64,000 nt of DNA from an uncultured Acidobacteriota bacterium. Its GTDB lineage: Bacteria; Acidobacteriota; Thermoanaerobaculia; UBA5066; Gp7-AA6. A program made the translations under genes and the position numbers. A model generated the notes under the pieces. The model searched no databases, was not told the origin of the DNA, and saw nothing but the letters and a program-made list of their open reading frames with translations. Every line of letters starts with the position of its first letter. The first letter of the stretch is position 1. Where the stretch lies: the NCBI GenBank assembly GCA_963782815.1, contig CAWALG010000032.1, positions 65,072 through 129,071 on the forward strand, given 5' to 3'. This document shows positions 21,542-32,655 of the stretch, piece after piece.

Positions 21542-22080
21542 GAGAGCTGGCGCCTGTAGGTCCCGGAGCGCCCGCCGGTCTTCTCGAGCAGGACGATCTC
21601 GCGGATCTCGATCGAGCGGTCGAGCGACTTGGCCATGTCGTAGAGCGCCAGGCAGGCGCCGGCGACCGCGGTGAGCGCCTCCATCTCGACGCCGGTGCGC
21701 GCGGCCGTCGAGGCGGTCGCGGTGACGATGACCTCGCGGCTCCTCGCGGCGAGCTCGCACTCGACCGAGACCGCGTCGAGGGCGACCGGATGAGCGAGCG
21801 GCACGATCTCGGAAGTCTTCTTGGCCGCGAGAATCCCGGCCAGCCGCGCGACGGCGAGGGCATCTCCCTTCGACAGCTTCCCCTGGGCGAGCGCGCCGAA
21901 TGCCGCCTCGTTCAAGCGCACCCTTCCTCGAGCCACGGCGCGCCGGCGCGTGGATGCCTTGGCGCCGACGTCCACCATTCGCGCGCGTCCGCGCGAATCC
22001 AGATGCAGCAGGCTCCCCCGCAGCGGGCCCGTCGAGCGGGGCCGCCGCGGCTGCTTGGGCGGTCTTCCTTCTTCCGTCAT
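21538..22080 (-). CDS. moaC: cyclic pyranopterin monophosphate synthase MoaC
   Basis: MVDVGAK, KGDALAVARLAGI, KKTSEIVPLAHP, TGVEMEALTAV. Start set at MTEEG (ATG 22080), overlapping the mobA stop. Confidence 0.85.
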   Translation of the reverse strand: MTEEGRPPKQPRRPRSTGPLRGSLLHLDSRGRARMVDVGAKASTRRRAVARGRVRLNEAAFGALAQGKLSKGDALAVARLAGILAAKKTSEIVPLAHPVALDAVSVECELAARSREVIVTATASTAARTGVEMEALTAVAGACLALYDMAKSLDRSIEIREIVLLEKTGGRSGTYRRQLS

Positions 22081-22668
22081 GCGCGCTCCCGCGCCGTGTT
22101 GTATTGCTCGATCGTGTTGACGTTGGCGAAAGAGTTGCCCGAAGGGTCGGCCGCCCGCCACGCCTCTTCAGAAAGAATCTCCGCTCCGACCTCTTGCGCG
22201 AGTCCGTAGAACGACAGCTCACCCCGGGCGATCCGCGCGAGCGCGACGGGGAGAACGCTCTTGCGCCAGACAGCGGCCAGAGGCTGGAGAAGCCCGTCGG
22301 CGAGGGGGATTACGGCCGGCCCCTCCGATTCGAGGCTCGCCTCGCGCGATGGCCCGGATGACCTCTTCCGACAGCAACGGCAGGTCCACGGCGAGAACGA
22401 AGAGCCGGTCGGATGCCTCCTCGAGCGCCCGCGCGAGGCCGTGGATCGGAGCCTGGTCGGCGGTCCGGTCGAGCACGAGGCGCGCCGGCCCGGCGTCGAA
22501 GCCCGGCGCTTCCTTGGCCACGACGAGGACCTCTTCGAAGATCCGCGAAAGCCTCTCCGTCTGATGCGCGAGCAGCGTCGTCCTGCCGTAAGGGAGCGAG
22601 GCCTTCGGCACGCCCATCCGCCGCGAGCCGCCGCCCGCCAGGACCGCCGCCGGCATCGCGATTCTCAT
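22077..22668 (-). CDS. mobA: molybdenum cofactor guanylyltransferase (one frame change)
   Basis: AAVLAGGGSRRMG.PKA, LVLDRTADQAPIHGL. After a shift near 22340: LQPLAAVWRKSVL...NTIEQYNTARERA*. Confidence 0.75.
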
Positions 22669-22698
22669 TGGGACGACGATGCTAGCATCGCCGCTCAC

Positions 22699-23368
22699 TT
22701 GATCTCGCTGATTATCCCGGTCCGGAACGAGACTCCGGAGGCGGCCGAGCGATTCCGCCCCTTCCTCGTTCGCGGACAAACCGAGATCGTCGTGGCGGAC
22801 GGCGGGGGGCGTCCCGAGACCTCCCGCGCCTTCGAGGCGATCGGAGCGGGCATCTCCCGCGGCGAGGGGAGCCGGGGCCTGCGCCTGGACCGAGCCGCGC
22901 GGCAGGCCCGGGGCGAGATCCTCTTCTTCGTCCACGCGGACTCGCGGCCGCCTGAAAACGCGCTGTCCGCCATCCGCGATTGCCTCGAATCCGGCGCCGT
23001 GGCGGGAGCGTTCTCGCTCGCTTACGAGAACGCGACCCCGGCCCTTCGATGGATCGCATGGTGGGCGAACCTGCGTTCGCGGCTGTTCGCGTCTCCCCTT
23101 CGGCGACCAGGGTCTCTTCTGCCGGCGCGACGCCTACGAGCGCTCCGGCGGCTATCGCGACCTCGCGATCTGCGACGACGTCGACATCGTGCGGCGCTTG
23201 AAGCGCGCCGGCCCGTTCCGGGTCCTCCCCGAGAAGACCGTTACGTCGCCGCGCCGCTACCGGGAGCGCGGCGCCCTCCGCCAGGTGCTGAGAAATTGGA
23301 AGGTCCTGTTGGGCTACTTCGCGGGGGTTTCCTCCGAGAAGCTCGAGCGCTGGTACAACCAGAGGTAA
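22699..23368 (+). CDS. family-2 glycosyltransferase, TIGR04283-like (one frame change)
   Basis: ISLIIPVRNE, EIVVADGGG, ILFFVHADSRPP. After a shift near 23095: PFGDQGLFCRR...RRYRERGALRQ...WYNQR*. Confidence 0.65.
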
Positions 23369-23525
23369 CAGGTGTCAGGGAAAAGGTATCAGGTGAACTG
23401 CAGGTGTCAGGTATCAGGTGTCAGGTTGCGAAGTGACGAAAGCCCTGTTCGGGCTCTGGTCCCTGAAACCTGATACCCGGCACCTGAAACCTGCATTTCC
23501 CCTGACACTCAACCTGACACCTGAT
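23369..23525. repeat. heptad-based inverted repeat L2 (degenerate CAGGTNT arms) between convergent genes
   Basis: Left arm includes caggtgt caggtat caggtgt caggttg (23401-23428). Right arm is acctgat/acctgaa/acctgac units (23461-23525). About 35-nt centre. Confidence 0.75.
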
Positions 23526-23533
23526 CCCCCGGC

Positions 23534-24377
23534 TTACTTCCCTTCCCCTCCCAGGATGATCGGCAGGCCGGACTTCTGGTTTCCGATCACGACCACCTTC
23601 GTGTTCTGCGAGAGGGCGAGCTTCTCGGTCGCCTCGATTCCCTTCCACTCGAGCAACTGCTGGCTGATCCCGGAGGCGACGATCCTCTGGAAATCGGCCA
23701 CGCCCTGCGCCTCGATGCGCTTGCGTCTCGGCCTCCTGCGACTCCTTCTGCAGCACGAACTTCATCTGCTCGGCCTCCTGTTCGCGGCGCAGCTTCTCCT
23801 GGATGGCGTTGGCCACGACCGCCGGAAGGCCGATCTTCCGCAGGAGGATCGCCTCGGTGATGATTCCGCGCCCCTCCGACATCTTGCGGAAGAGCTCGAG
23901 GGTTTCGCGGGAAATCTTGTCGCGCTCGGCCGAGTAGAGCACCTTGGCCTCGTAGGTCGCGGTGATCTCGCGGATGGCGGAACGGACCTGCGGGACGACC
24001 GCGATCTCCTGGTAGTTGGGCCCGATCGTCTTGTAGATCTCGGCCGCCTTGGTCGGATCCAGGCGGTAGAGCAGAGAGCCTTCCAGGTCCATCGTGAGCC
24101 CCTCCTTGGAGGGGACCTCCGCCGTCTCCTTGACCTCCTGCGTCTTGATCGACATGTTCACGACCCGCGTGAACGGGAAGACGACCCGGACGCCCGGCCC
24201 CAGGACGCTGGAAGAGACGTTTCCGAAGAAATCCTTGACCCCGACGTGTCCGGCCGGGATGACCCTGACGGGATTGCCGAGAAGAATCAGGAGAACGACC
24301 GCGACGACGATGGCGAGGCCTCGCAGGCTCCGGCCGCCTCCGGGCGTACCGCTGACGTCGATGAGACGTGGTGACAT
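23534..24377 (-). CDS. SPFH/band 7 (prohibitin-like) membrane protein (one frame change)
   Basis: N-terminal TM (LAIVVAVVLLILL) and SPFH core. After a shift near 23745: RIEAQGVADFQRIVASGISQQLLEWKGIEAT...GLPIILGGEGK*. Confidence 0.75.
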
Positions 24378-24466
24378 GGCTCCTCCTTGTTGTTAAGAGA
24401 TGTCGGTGCTCAGTCTATGGCGAGGCGGGAGGGCAGGCAGTGAAGGAAGCGTTCGGTCGTCCCTAG

Positions 24467-24498
24467 ATCACAAATCACCAATCGCAAATCACAAATCG
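24467..24498. repeat. tandem heptad repeat L3 (ATCACAA x ~4.5)
   Basis: atcacaa atcacca atcgcaa atcacaa atcg, beginning 4 nt downstream of the ribBA stop (minus-strand sense). Confidence 0.8.
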
Positions 24499-24501
24499 TC
24501 T

Positions 24502-25720
24502 TCACACCATCTTCAACAGGTGTCCCATCTTGTTCTTCTTGGTTTCCAGGTACTTGCGGGAGCGGTCCGTGGGGTCGATCTCGAGAGCGACGCGCTCGAC
24601 GATCTCCAGCCCGTAGCCGCCGATCGCGACGTACTTGGAGGGATTGTTGGTCATCAGGCGCATCTTGCGGACTCCGAGATCGCGCAGGATCTGACACCCG
24701 ACCCCGTAGTTGCGGATGTCGGGCGGAAAGCCGAGCTTCTCGTTGGCCGAGACGGTGTCGTGGCCTTCGTCCTGGAGCTCGTACGCCTTCAACTTGTTGA
24801 AGAGGCCGATCCCGCGCCCTTCCTGGAGCAGGTAGAGGAAGACGCCGCGCCCCGCCTCGACGATCTTCTCCATCGCCCGGGCGAGCTGCTCGCCGCAGTC
24901 GCACCGGGCGGAGCCGAAGATGTCCCCCGTGAGGCATTGGGAGTGGACGCGCACGAGCACCGGCTCGTCTTCGCGGATCTCGCCGTGGACCAGCGCGATG
25001 TGCTCCTCGTTCGTGACGTCGCTCCTGTACGCGAAGACGCGGAAGTCTCCGAAGCGCGTCGGCAGGTGGGGCGACGCGATCCTCTGGACGAGGCGTTCCG
25101 TCTTCATCCGGTGGCCGATCAGGTCGGCGACCGTGACCATCGCGAGACCGTGCTTCGCGCAGAACCTCGTCAGGTCCGGCACGCGCGCCATCGTGCCGTC
25201 CTCGTTCATCACCTCGCAGAGGACGGCCGACGGGTCGAGTCCCGCGATCCGGGCGAGGTCCACCGACGCCTCGGTCTGTCCGGCGCGCTTCAGGACGCCT
25301 CCCGGGGCGGCTCGCAGCGGAAACATGTGCCCCGGCCGCAGCAGGTCCGAGGGCTTCGTCGCCGGATCGATCGCCGTCAGGACGGTCGCCGCGCGGTCGG
25401 CGGCGGAGATGCCGGTCGTCGTGCGCCCGCGCGCCTCGATCGAGACCGTGAACGCCGTGCCGAAGTTCGAGGTGTTCTCTTCCACCATCGGAGGAAGCTC
25501 GAGCTGCGCGGCATCGCTCCTCGGTGAGCGCGAGGCAGATCAGGCCCCGCCCCTCCCGCGCCATGAAGTTGATCGCCTCCGGAGTCGTCATCTGCGCCGC
25601 GAGGACCAGGTCCCCTTCGTTCTCCCGGTCCTCGTCGTCCACCACGACGACGAAGCGCCCGGCCTTCATCTCCTCGACCGCCCGGTCGATCCCGACGAAG
25701 GGTTCTTTCGTCTCACTCAT
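24502..25720 (-). CDS. ribBA: bifunctional 3,4-dihydroxy-2-butanone-4-phosphate synthase / GTP cyclohydrolase II (one frame change)
   Basis: N-half [16 protein letters not shown]-half [24 protein letters not shown]. Shift near 25500. Confidence 0.9.
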
Positions 25721-25780
25721 CTGGTCTATATTCGCACACGGGACCTCCGCAGGCAGGAGTTTTGCTTATAGACTGCACGA

Positions 25781-28342
25781 ATGCGCGCACGCGCTCGGAC
25801 GCTTCGTGTTTCCCGCGGCCCTTCTGCTCCTCGGAGCATCCAGGCCCCTGATCCTCGCGCACCGATCGCCCCAGGAGGCCCAGGAGAACGCGGCCGCCGC
25901 GCGCCGGCCGCGCCCTACGACTGGCTCCAGATGAACGGAGACCCTCAGCACAGCGGGAACAACACGCGGGAGACGGTGCTCGGGCCTTCCAACGTGACGC
26001 AGCTCACCTTCCTCTTCCAGGCCACGCTCCCCTCCGCCGCGGACGGGGCGCCCGTATTGCTTTCCGGGGTGACGACCGTGAACGGCACGCAGGACCTCCT
26101 CTTCATCACGACGAAGGCGGGCCTCCTTCTCGCCCTGGACGCGTCCACCGGTGCCCAGGTCTGGTCGCGGCCGCACACCGGGACGGGTAACACGAACTCC
26201 TCTCCGGCCATCGATCCCAACCGCCTCTTCGTGTACAGCTACGGCCTGGACGGGTATGCCCACAAGCACCAGGTCGGAGACGGCACGGAGATCACGACGG
26301 GCGGCTGGCCGGAGCTGACGACGCTCAAGGGGGGTGTCGAGAAGCTCGCCCCGGCACTCGCGATCGCGACCGCCGGCAACGGAGCGACCTACCTCTACGT
26401 GGCCCACGGCGGATACATCGGTGACGGCGGCGACTACCAGGGGCACGTGACGGCCATCAACCTGGCGACCGGAACGCAGAAGGTCTTCAACTCCCTCTGC
26501 AGCGACCAGGCGGTCCACTTCGTCCAGTCGCCGGGAACTCCCGATTGCGCGAGCAAGCGGTCGGCCATCTGGGCCAAGGACGGCGTGATCTACGACGACG
26601 TGACCGACCGGATCTACATGGCGACGGGAAACGGTCCCTTCGACGCCAACGTCGGCGGGCGCAACTGGGGCGACAGCATCTTCGCGCTGGCGCCGGACGG
26701 CTCGGGGGCGAACGGGAACCCGCTGGACAGTTACACGCCGATCAACTACGCGTCGCTCGAGGGCGGGGACGTCGATCTCGGCAGCACGGGCCCCGCGATC
26801 CTGCCGGCCCCCGGCTACTCCGGGCGCCTGGCGGCGCAGTCGGGCAAGGACTCCGCGCTGCGACTGATCGAACTGACCAACATGAGCGGCCAGGGGGGTC
26901 CGGGGCACGTGGGGGGTCAGCTCCAGCTCCTCTCCCTCCCGCAGGGGGGCCCCGTCCTGACGGTACCGGCGGTCTGGGTCAATCCGGGCGACGGCAGCAC
27001 GTGGGTCTTCGTGACCAACGGGTCCGGCAGCTCGGCCTACAAGCTGACGTTTCCCTCGGGCTCGCCCGCGCTCGCGCTGCAGTGGAACAACACGATCGGC
27101 CGTTCCTCCCCGCTCGTGGCCAACAACGTCCTTTACATCACCGGCAACGGGACGATTCGCGCCCTCAATCCCACGACGGGGGCGGTCCTCTGGAGCGATG
27201 CGACGAAGGTGGGCAGCCTCCACTGGCAGAGCCCCGTCGTCGCCAACGGCAGGCTTTACATGATGGACGAGTCCGCTCACCTGACCGCTTACGGGCTGCC
27301 GCCAGCCGGAACGCCGACGCAAACATCCACGAACACGCCGACGAATACCCCCACCGGCACGAACACGCTGACCAACACCCGGACGAACACACCCACCTCC
27401 ACGCCGACGAACGTCAGCACCGCTGCGCCGACGAACACGCCGACGCGGACCCCGACGAACACGCCGACGCGGACCCCGACGAACACGCCAACGCGGACCC
27501 CGACGAACACGCCGACGCCGACGTCGACGACCAGCACGGGGACGCCGACGAGCTCGCCGACGCGGACCCCGACGCAGACGCCGACTCGGACCCCGACGAA
27601 CACGCGGACAAATACTCCGATCCCTGTTCTCACGAACACCCCGACCAACACGCCCACGGTGACGCCCACGCCGACGCCGGCGGGCGTGATCGTTCCTCCG
27701 CTGACCGATTTCCGCGACGTCCGTCGGGCGGCCGACATCAATGTCGGAACCGACCTGGGAGGCACCGGGCATCCGGCGATCAACTTCACCGGATCGGCCG
27801 GGTCGGGAGGAGACGCCTGGATCACCGTCTACGACGCGACCCCCGGCACGCCAGACGAGGACCCGGTCTTTGGAAGCGTGAACCTCTCCGCGGATGTCCT
27901 GATCCAGACCTACAACAACAAGAAGGGGGCCGGCCTGCTGGCGCTCTTCAACGAAGGGACCGGCCAGAAGGGGCTGTCGCTGATCCTCTACGACAGCGGA
28001 AACTCCGACAGCCTGGCTCTCGTTGTGGTCGACCCGGCGACCGGACGATTCACGGCATTGACGAGCGTTTCGCTCGGCGGGAACATCGTGGAGAACGCGT
28101 GGTATCGCCTGACGGTGAACGTCGCCATCAGCGGCGCCAACGTCGCGGTGACGGGAAAGGTCTTCCGGCACACGGTCGCGACGGACCCCAACAGCCCGAC
28201 GGGCACGCAGGTGGGCGTGACACTGAATTTCAACGGGGCCCGGCCCGCCGGCGTCGACGCGGCCGGCGAGGTCGGCCTCGTGGCCGGGGCCGCCAGCACC
28301 TCCGTCAACTCCAGCGTCACGAACTTCACGATCAACCCGTAA
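25781..28342 (+). CDS. secreted PQQ-like beta-propeller protein, Pro/Thr linker, C-terminal jelly-roll-like domain (paralogue 1)
   Basis: 853-aa ORF with propeller repeats ([28 protein letters not shown]). (PTNTPTRT)n linker and a ~210-aa C-domain. The signal peptide reads best in another frame ([14 protein letters not shown]), so N-terminal indels are likely. Confidence 0.75.
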   Translation: MRARARTLRVSRGPSAPRSIQAPDPRAPIAPGGPGERGRRAPAAPYDWLQMNGDPQHSGNNTRETVLGPSNVTQLTFLFQATLPSAADGAPVLLSGVTTVNGTQDLLFITTKAGLLLALDASTGAQVWSRPHTGTGNTNSSPAIDPNRLFVYSYGLDGYAHKHQVGDGTEITTGGWPELTTLKGGVEKLAPALAIATAGNGATYLYVAHGGYIGDGGDYQGHVTAINLATGTQKVFNSLCSDQAVHFVQSPGTPDCASKRSAIWAKDGVIYDDVTDRIYMATGNGPFDANVGGRNWGDSIFALAPDGSGANGNPLDSYTPINYASLEGGDVDLGSTGPAILPAPGYSGRLAAQSGKDSALRLIELTNMSGQGGPGHVGGQLQLLSLPQGGPVLTVPAVWVNPGDGSTWVFVTNGSGSSAYKLTFPSGSPALALQWNNTIGRSSPLVANNVLYITGNGTIRALNPTTGAVLWSDATKVGSLHWQSPVVANGRLYMMDESAHLTAYGLPPAGTPTQTSTNTPTNTPTGTNTLTNTRTNTPTSTPTNVSTAAPTNTPTRTPTNTPTRTPTNTPTRTPTNTPTPTSTTSTGTPTSSPTRTPTQTPTRTPTNTRTNTPIPVLTNTPTNTPTVTPTPTPAGVIVPPLTDFRDVRRAADINVGTDLGGTGHPAINFTGSAGSGGDAWITVYDATPGTPDEDPVFGSVNLSADVLIQTYNNKKGAGLLALFNEGTGQKGLSLILYDSGNSDSLALVVVDPATGRFTALTSVSLGGNIVENAWYRLTVNVAISGANVAVTGKVFRHTVATDPNSPTGTQVGVTLNFNGARPAGVDAAGEVGLVAGAASTSVNSSVTNFTINP
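27300..27680 (+). repeat. coding Pro/Thr linker with 24-nt tandem units
   Basis: ccgacgaacacgccgacgcggacc repeated about 3.5 times at ~27428-27515, inside a longer ACN-CCG rich tract. In frame with paralogue 1. Confidence 0.8.
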
Positions 28343-28349
28343 CGGCGGG

Positions 28350-30904
28350 ATGACTCCTCCTGTGCGCCGGCGGTTCCTTTCCCTCGGGATGGCCGTCGGC
28401 GCCGGTCTTGGCCTGGCCCTCATCCCGGCCAACCGTTCGCCCCTGTCGGGGCAAGGGGCCGGGCGCGCGGGGACCGCTCCCGCCGCGGCACCGGCCGCGC
28501 CCTACGACTGGCTCCAGATGAACGGGGACCCGCAGCACAGCGGGAACAACACGCAGGAAACGGTCCTTGGCCCCGGCAACGTCGCGAGCCTCCAGTTCCT
28601 GTTCCAGGTCGCGCTGCCGTCCGCCGCCGACGGGGCTCCTGTCGCCCTGTCCTCGGTCCTGACGCCGGGCGGCACCTTCGACCTTCTGTTCTCGACGACG
28701 AAGACGGGCACTCTCGTCGCCCTGGATGCGGCGACCGGAGCCCAGATCTGGGCCCAGCCGCACGCCGGAGCGTCGAGCGTCACGAACTCCTCTCCGGCGA
28801 TCGATCCCAATCGGCTCTACGTCTACAGCTACGGGCTCGACGGCAAGGCTCACAAGCACCTGGTGGGAGACGGCGCCGAGATCACGACCGGGGGATGGCC
28901 GCAGCTGGCGACGTTGAAGGGAAACGTCGAAAAGGTCGCCGGGGCCCTCTCCACCGCGACGGCGGGGAACGGCGAGCGCTACCTCTACGTGCCCCACGGC
29001 GGATACAACGGCGACGGGGGCGATTACCAGGGGCACGTGACCGCGATCAACCTGACGACCGGGACGCAGAACATCTTCAACATGTTGTGCAGCGACCAGT
29101 TCGTGCACTTCACCAGTTCGGTTCCCGATTGCGGCTCTCGGCGGGCGGCGATCTGGCCCAAGGACGGGATCCTCTACGACGCCGCGACCGACCGGATCTA
29201 CATGCCGACGGGCAACGGGCCCTTCGACGCCAACGCCGGCGGCCACAACTGGGGAGACAGCGTCCTCGCGCTCAATCCCGACGGCACCGGCAGCGGCGGC
29301 GGCATGCCGGTGGACAGCTACACGCCGTCCAACTACGCCGCGCTCGAAAGCGGCGACCTGGACCTGGGATCGACCGGGCCCGCGATTCTCCCGGCCGCGG
29401 GCTACCCGGGGCGCCTCGCCGTCCAGTCGGGCAAGGACTCGAAGCTGCGCCTGATCGACCTGACCGACATGAGCGGGCAGGGCGGGCCGGGACACGCCGG
29501 AGGCGAGATCGAGCTCCAGTCGCTCCCCCAGGGTGGAGGCGTCCTCACGGTTCCGGCGGTCTGGATCAATCCCGCCGACGTCACCACCTGGGTCTTCTAC
29601 TCGAACAACTCCGGCCTCTCCGCGCTGAGGCTCGAGTTTCCCGGAGGCGTGCCCTCGCTCGTCAAGCAGTGGCAGAGCTCGCTCAACGGAACATCGCCGC
29701 TCGTGGCCAACAACGTGCTCTACCAGATGGGCGGCTTCACTCTTCGCGCCATGGATCCCTTGACGGGCAGCGTGCTCTGGAGCGACACGACCCATGTCGG
29801 GAGCAGGCACTGGCAGAGTCCCGTCGTCTTCAACGCCCGGGTCTACCTGCAGGACGAGGCGGGGCACATGACCGCGTGGGGTCTGCCTCCCGACACCGGC
29901 ACTCCGACCGCGACCCCTCCGAGCACGGCGACGAATACGCCCACGAACACCCGGACCAGCACGCGGACGGCCACACCGACGAGGACTCCGACCAACACCC
30001 GGACCGCCACGCCGACGAGGACGGCGACGAGGACGCCGACAGTCACGCCGACCAGAACGCCGACGAGGACACCGACGGTCACGCCGACCAGAACGCCGAC
30101 GAGACACCGACGGCGACTCCAGCCACTCCGACCGGCACGCCGTCTCCGGCGGCGACCGGCGCGCCGACGAACACCGCGACGGATACGCCGACGCAAGGGC
30201 CGATCACCACTCCGACGCCGACGCCCACGCCGGGCGGCGTCGCTGCCATCGCCTTCGTCAAGAATGTCGGCACCGCGTCTCACTCGACCGGGTTCTTCAC
30301 GAGCCTCCAGGTCTCGGTTCCGGCAGCCGGAGTGGCTTCGGGCGAGAGCCTGATCATCTCGATCTTCGCGGGCAGCTCGACCGGGACTTTTCTCTGCTCC
30401 GATCCCAGGGGCAACGTCTATGCCCAGGATGTGGCGTCCGGCGGCGGCGGCGTTCCCAGGGCCGCGATCGTTTCGGCCCACAACGTGGCTGCCCTGCTGT
30501 CCGGCGACACGATCACGTGCACATTTCCCACGACGAGCACCGGGAGCGCAATGAGCGTCAACGAGTTCTCCGGGCTCCTGGCCGCTCCGCTGGATGGCAC
30601 GGCCTCGGCCAGCGGCACCAACAACTCCCCCAACAGCGGGCTGACTCCCGCGACGGTCCAGAACAACGAGCTGGTCTTCGGCTTCGTGCACTCCGTCTCA
30701 TTCGTCCCCGCCACGACCGGAAGCAACCCGGCCGAGACCTACGCGAGCCCGCCCAACTCCGATCCGTACCACTTCGCCGGCCAGTCCGGCAGCGTGTGGC
30801 CGGTGTATCGGATCGTGAGCACGAACCGCCAGTACCAGGCCAACGGCACAGGCGGCGGCACGGGCGGCTGGCGCGCGATGGCCGCGACCTACAAGGGCCA
30901 GTAA
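28350..30904 (+). CDS. Tat-signal PQQ-like beta-propeller protein, Pro/Thr linker, different C-terminal domain (paralogue 2, one frame change)
   Basis: Twin-arginine signal VRRRFLSLGMAVGAG. The propeller is collinear with paralogue 1. Shift near 30103 at the end of the linker. C-domain is in ORF 28895..30904 (GVAAIAFVKNVG...ATYKGQ). Confidence 0.75.
29885..30235 (+). repeat. coding Pro/Thr linker repeats of paralogue 2
   Basis: acgccgaccagaacgccgacgaggacaccgacggtc-type units (PTRTPTRTPTVT). The single-base deletion (gagg to gag) sits at ~30103. Confidence 0.75.
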
Positions 30905-31003
30905 AAGGCCGTTGGTGCCGCCTGAGCTCGGCGATTTACCCGAAAGGCGGCCAGCGTAGTCTCCCGAAGTAACCGAGGGAGGAGGCGCGCGACGAGGGAG
31001 CGG

Positions 31004-31097
31004 AGCGCTAACGCGGCGACCCGGCGAGCGATCGAGATCGCATCCGGCCGAGTCGCTCGCCGGTGCGGCCGAAGGGCGCAGATTCCACGTTAGCGCG
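31004..31097. terminator. nested inverted repeats between convergent genes (putative bidirectional terminator)
   Basis: Inner stem ccggcgagcga (31021-31031) / tcgctcgccgg (31053-31063). Outer stem gcgctaacgcgg / ccacgttagcgc. No clear U-tract. Confidence 0.4.
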
Positions 31098-32605
31098 GAG
31101 CGACGGCAATCTCCGCGAGGTACTCCACGAAGGAGCGGGTCGCGCCGTCGAAGCCCTGGACCTTCGGGTTCGAGGACTCGATCACGTAGTACTCGTCGGG
31201 GGCGTGCGCGCCGGAGCCGTGGCCCATGCCGAAGTGGCCGGCCGGAAGGCGCAGCGGCTCTCCCGTGAAGACGTAGCCCGGCCAGGACCCCGCGTTGCGC
31301 GGCCAGAGGATCGGCTCGATCCCGGAGCGGCGGTAGACGGCGAGCTGCGCCCGGATCACCGCGGCGTCGCGCGGGAGTGCTCGTGGGGTCGTAGCCTCCG
31401 GTCATGTTCACGTCGATGTCGCCAAAGCCCTTCGCGGCAAGGTGCTTCTTCAGGAGGTCGAGCGACTCCGACGCCTTCATGTCGGGCACCAGCCGCAGAT
31501 CGATCTTGGCGACGGCCTTGTGCGGAAGGATGGTCTTCCCGCCGGGTCCGGTGTAACCGCCGACCAGACCCTCGATGTTGACCGTCGGCCGCGAGACGAG
31601 CCGCTCCAGCGACTCGACGAACGTGGCGTCGCCGATCCAGTGCTCGACCCCGAGCTGCTTCTTCAGGATCGCTTCGTCCATCCGCCTCGCCCCCTCGGCG
31701 ACCATCGCCTTCTCCGCGGCGGAGATCGGGCGGACGTGCTCCAGGTATCCCTCGATCGCGGGGGTGTTGCCGTCGGGCGTGACGAGCGTCTGGAGCGCCT
31801 GCACCAGGTGCCACGCGGGGCTGTCCACGCGCGCCTTGTTGGATGAATGGATGTCCAGGCGCGGGCCGCGGCCCCACCTCTCGCCCGAGGAGGTCAGCTC
31901 GAGCTCGATGACGCCCTTGGCCCCGAGAGTGATGGTCACGTTGCCGTCCAGGCCCTGCGACGCGCTCGGCATGAAGACGCCCATGCACTTCGACAGCGCG
32001 GCCTGGATCTCGGGCCTGCGCACGATCTGCGGGAAATGCGGCGAGCCGATCTCCTCCTCCCCTTCGGCGACGAACACGAAGTTGACCGGCGGCTTGCGGC
32101 CGGCGCCGCGGTAGGCGTGCAGGGCCGCGAGGAACGCGGCCTCCGGCCCCTTCTGGTTGACGGCGCCCCGGCCGACGACCGCTTTCCCGATTCCCGGCTT
32201 CTCCACGATCGCCGCGTCCCACGGCGGCGACGACCACTCGGCCGGATCCACCTGCTTGACGTCGTACATGAAGTAGAGGGCGAGCGTCTTCGGAGCGCCG
32301 GCGTCGAGCGTGGCGAAGATGCCGGGCTGGCCGTCGGTCGGCACCTTCTCGGCGCGGCCGAAGCCCGCGTCCTTCAGCATCCGGATGAGCAGGTCGCACC
32401 CTTCATTCATCCCGCGGTTCTCCGCGGCGATGGACGGCTGGTGGATCCACTCCTGGAGCCTCTTGACAGCCTCGTCGTGCTGCTTCTCGACTTGCGCGAG
32501 CACGGGCTTCAGATCCGGCGACGATGCGGCGGCCGCAAGACGGGTGGGCAACGCGAGAGCCGCGGCGCCCGCGGCGGCGCCCTTCAAGAGATCTCTTCTG
32601 TTCAT
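31090..32605 (-). CDS. M20 family metallopeptidase with Tat signal (one frame change)
   Basis: MNRRDLLKGAAAGAAALA, FVAEGEEEIGSP, C-terminus in ORF 31090..31359 (GHGSGAHAPDEY). Shift near 31365. Confidence 0.75.
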
Positions 32606-32655
32606 GGCGCCGCAGTCTACTAAAGCGTCCGCGATTCCAGCGCCCTCACCCCTTC

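Noticed and set aside
19323-21863. 846-aa minus-strand ORF read as one gene.
   Set aside because: Only 19.8-21.04 kb (DUF1343) is genuine in this frame. The upstream part overlaps moaB/moaC in a wrong frame, and the downstream part overlaps mobB.
25766-30107. 888-aa and 591-aa minus-strand ORFs (25766..28432, 28332..30107).
   Set aside because: They are antisense to the two PQQ-like propeller genes, which have clear signal peptides and repeat motifs. The antisense products are Arg/Gly/Pro junk.
27300-30235. Short direct repeats (ACGCCGACG..), considered as a possible CRISPR array or non-coding satellite.
   Set aside because: The repeats are in frame within two genes and encode Pro/Thr linkers. 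There is no repeat-spacer architecture and no cas genes.
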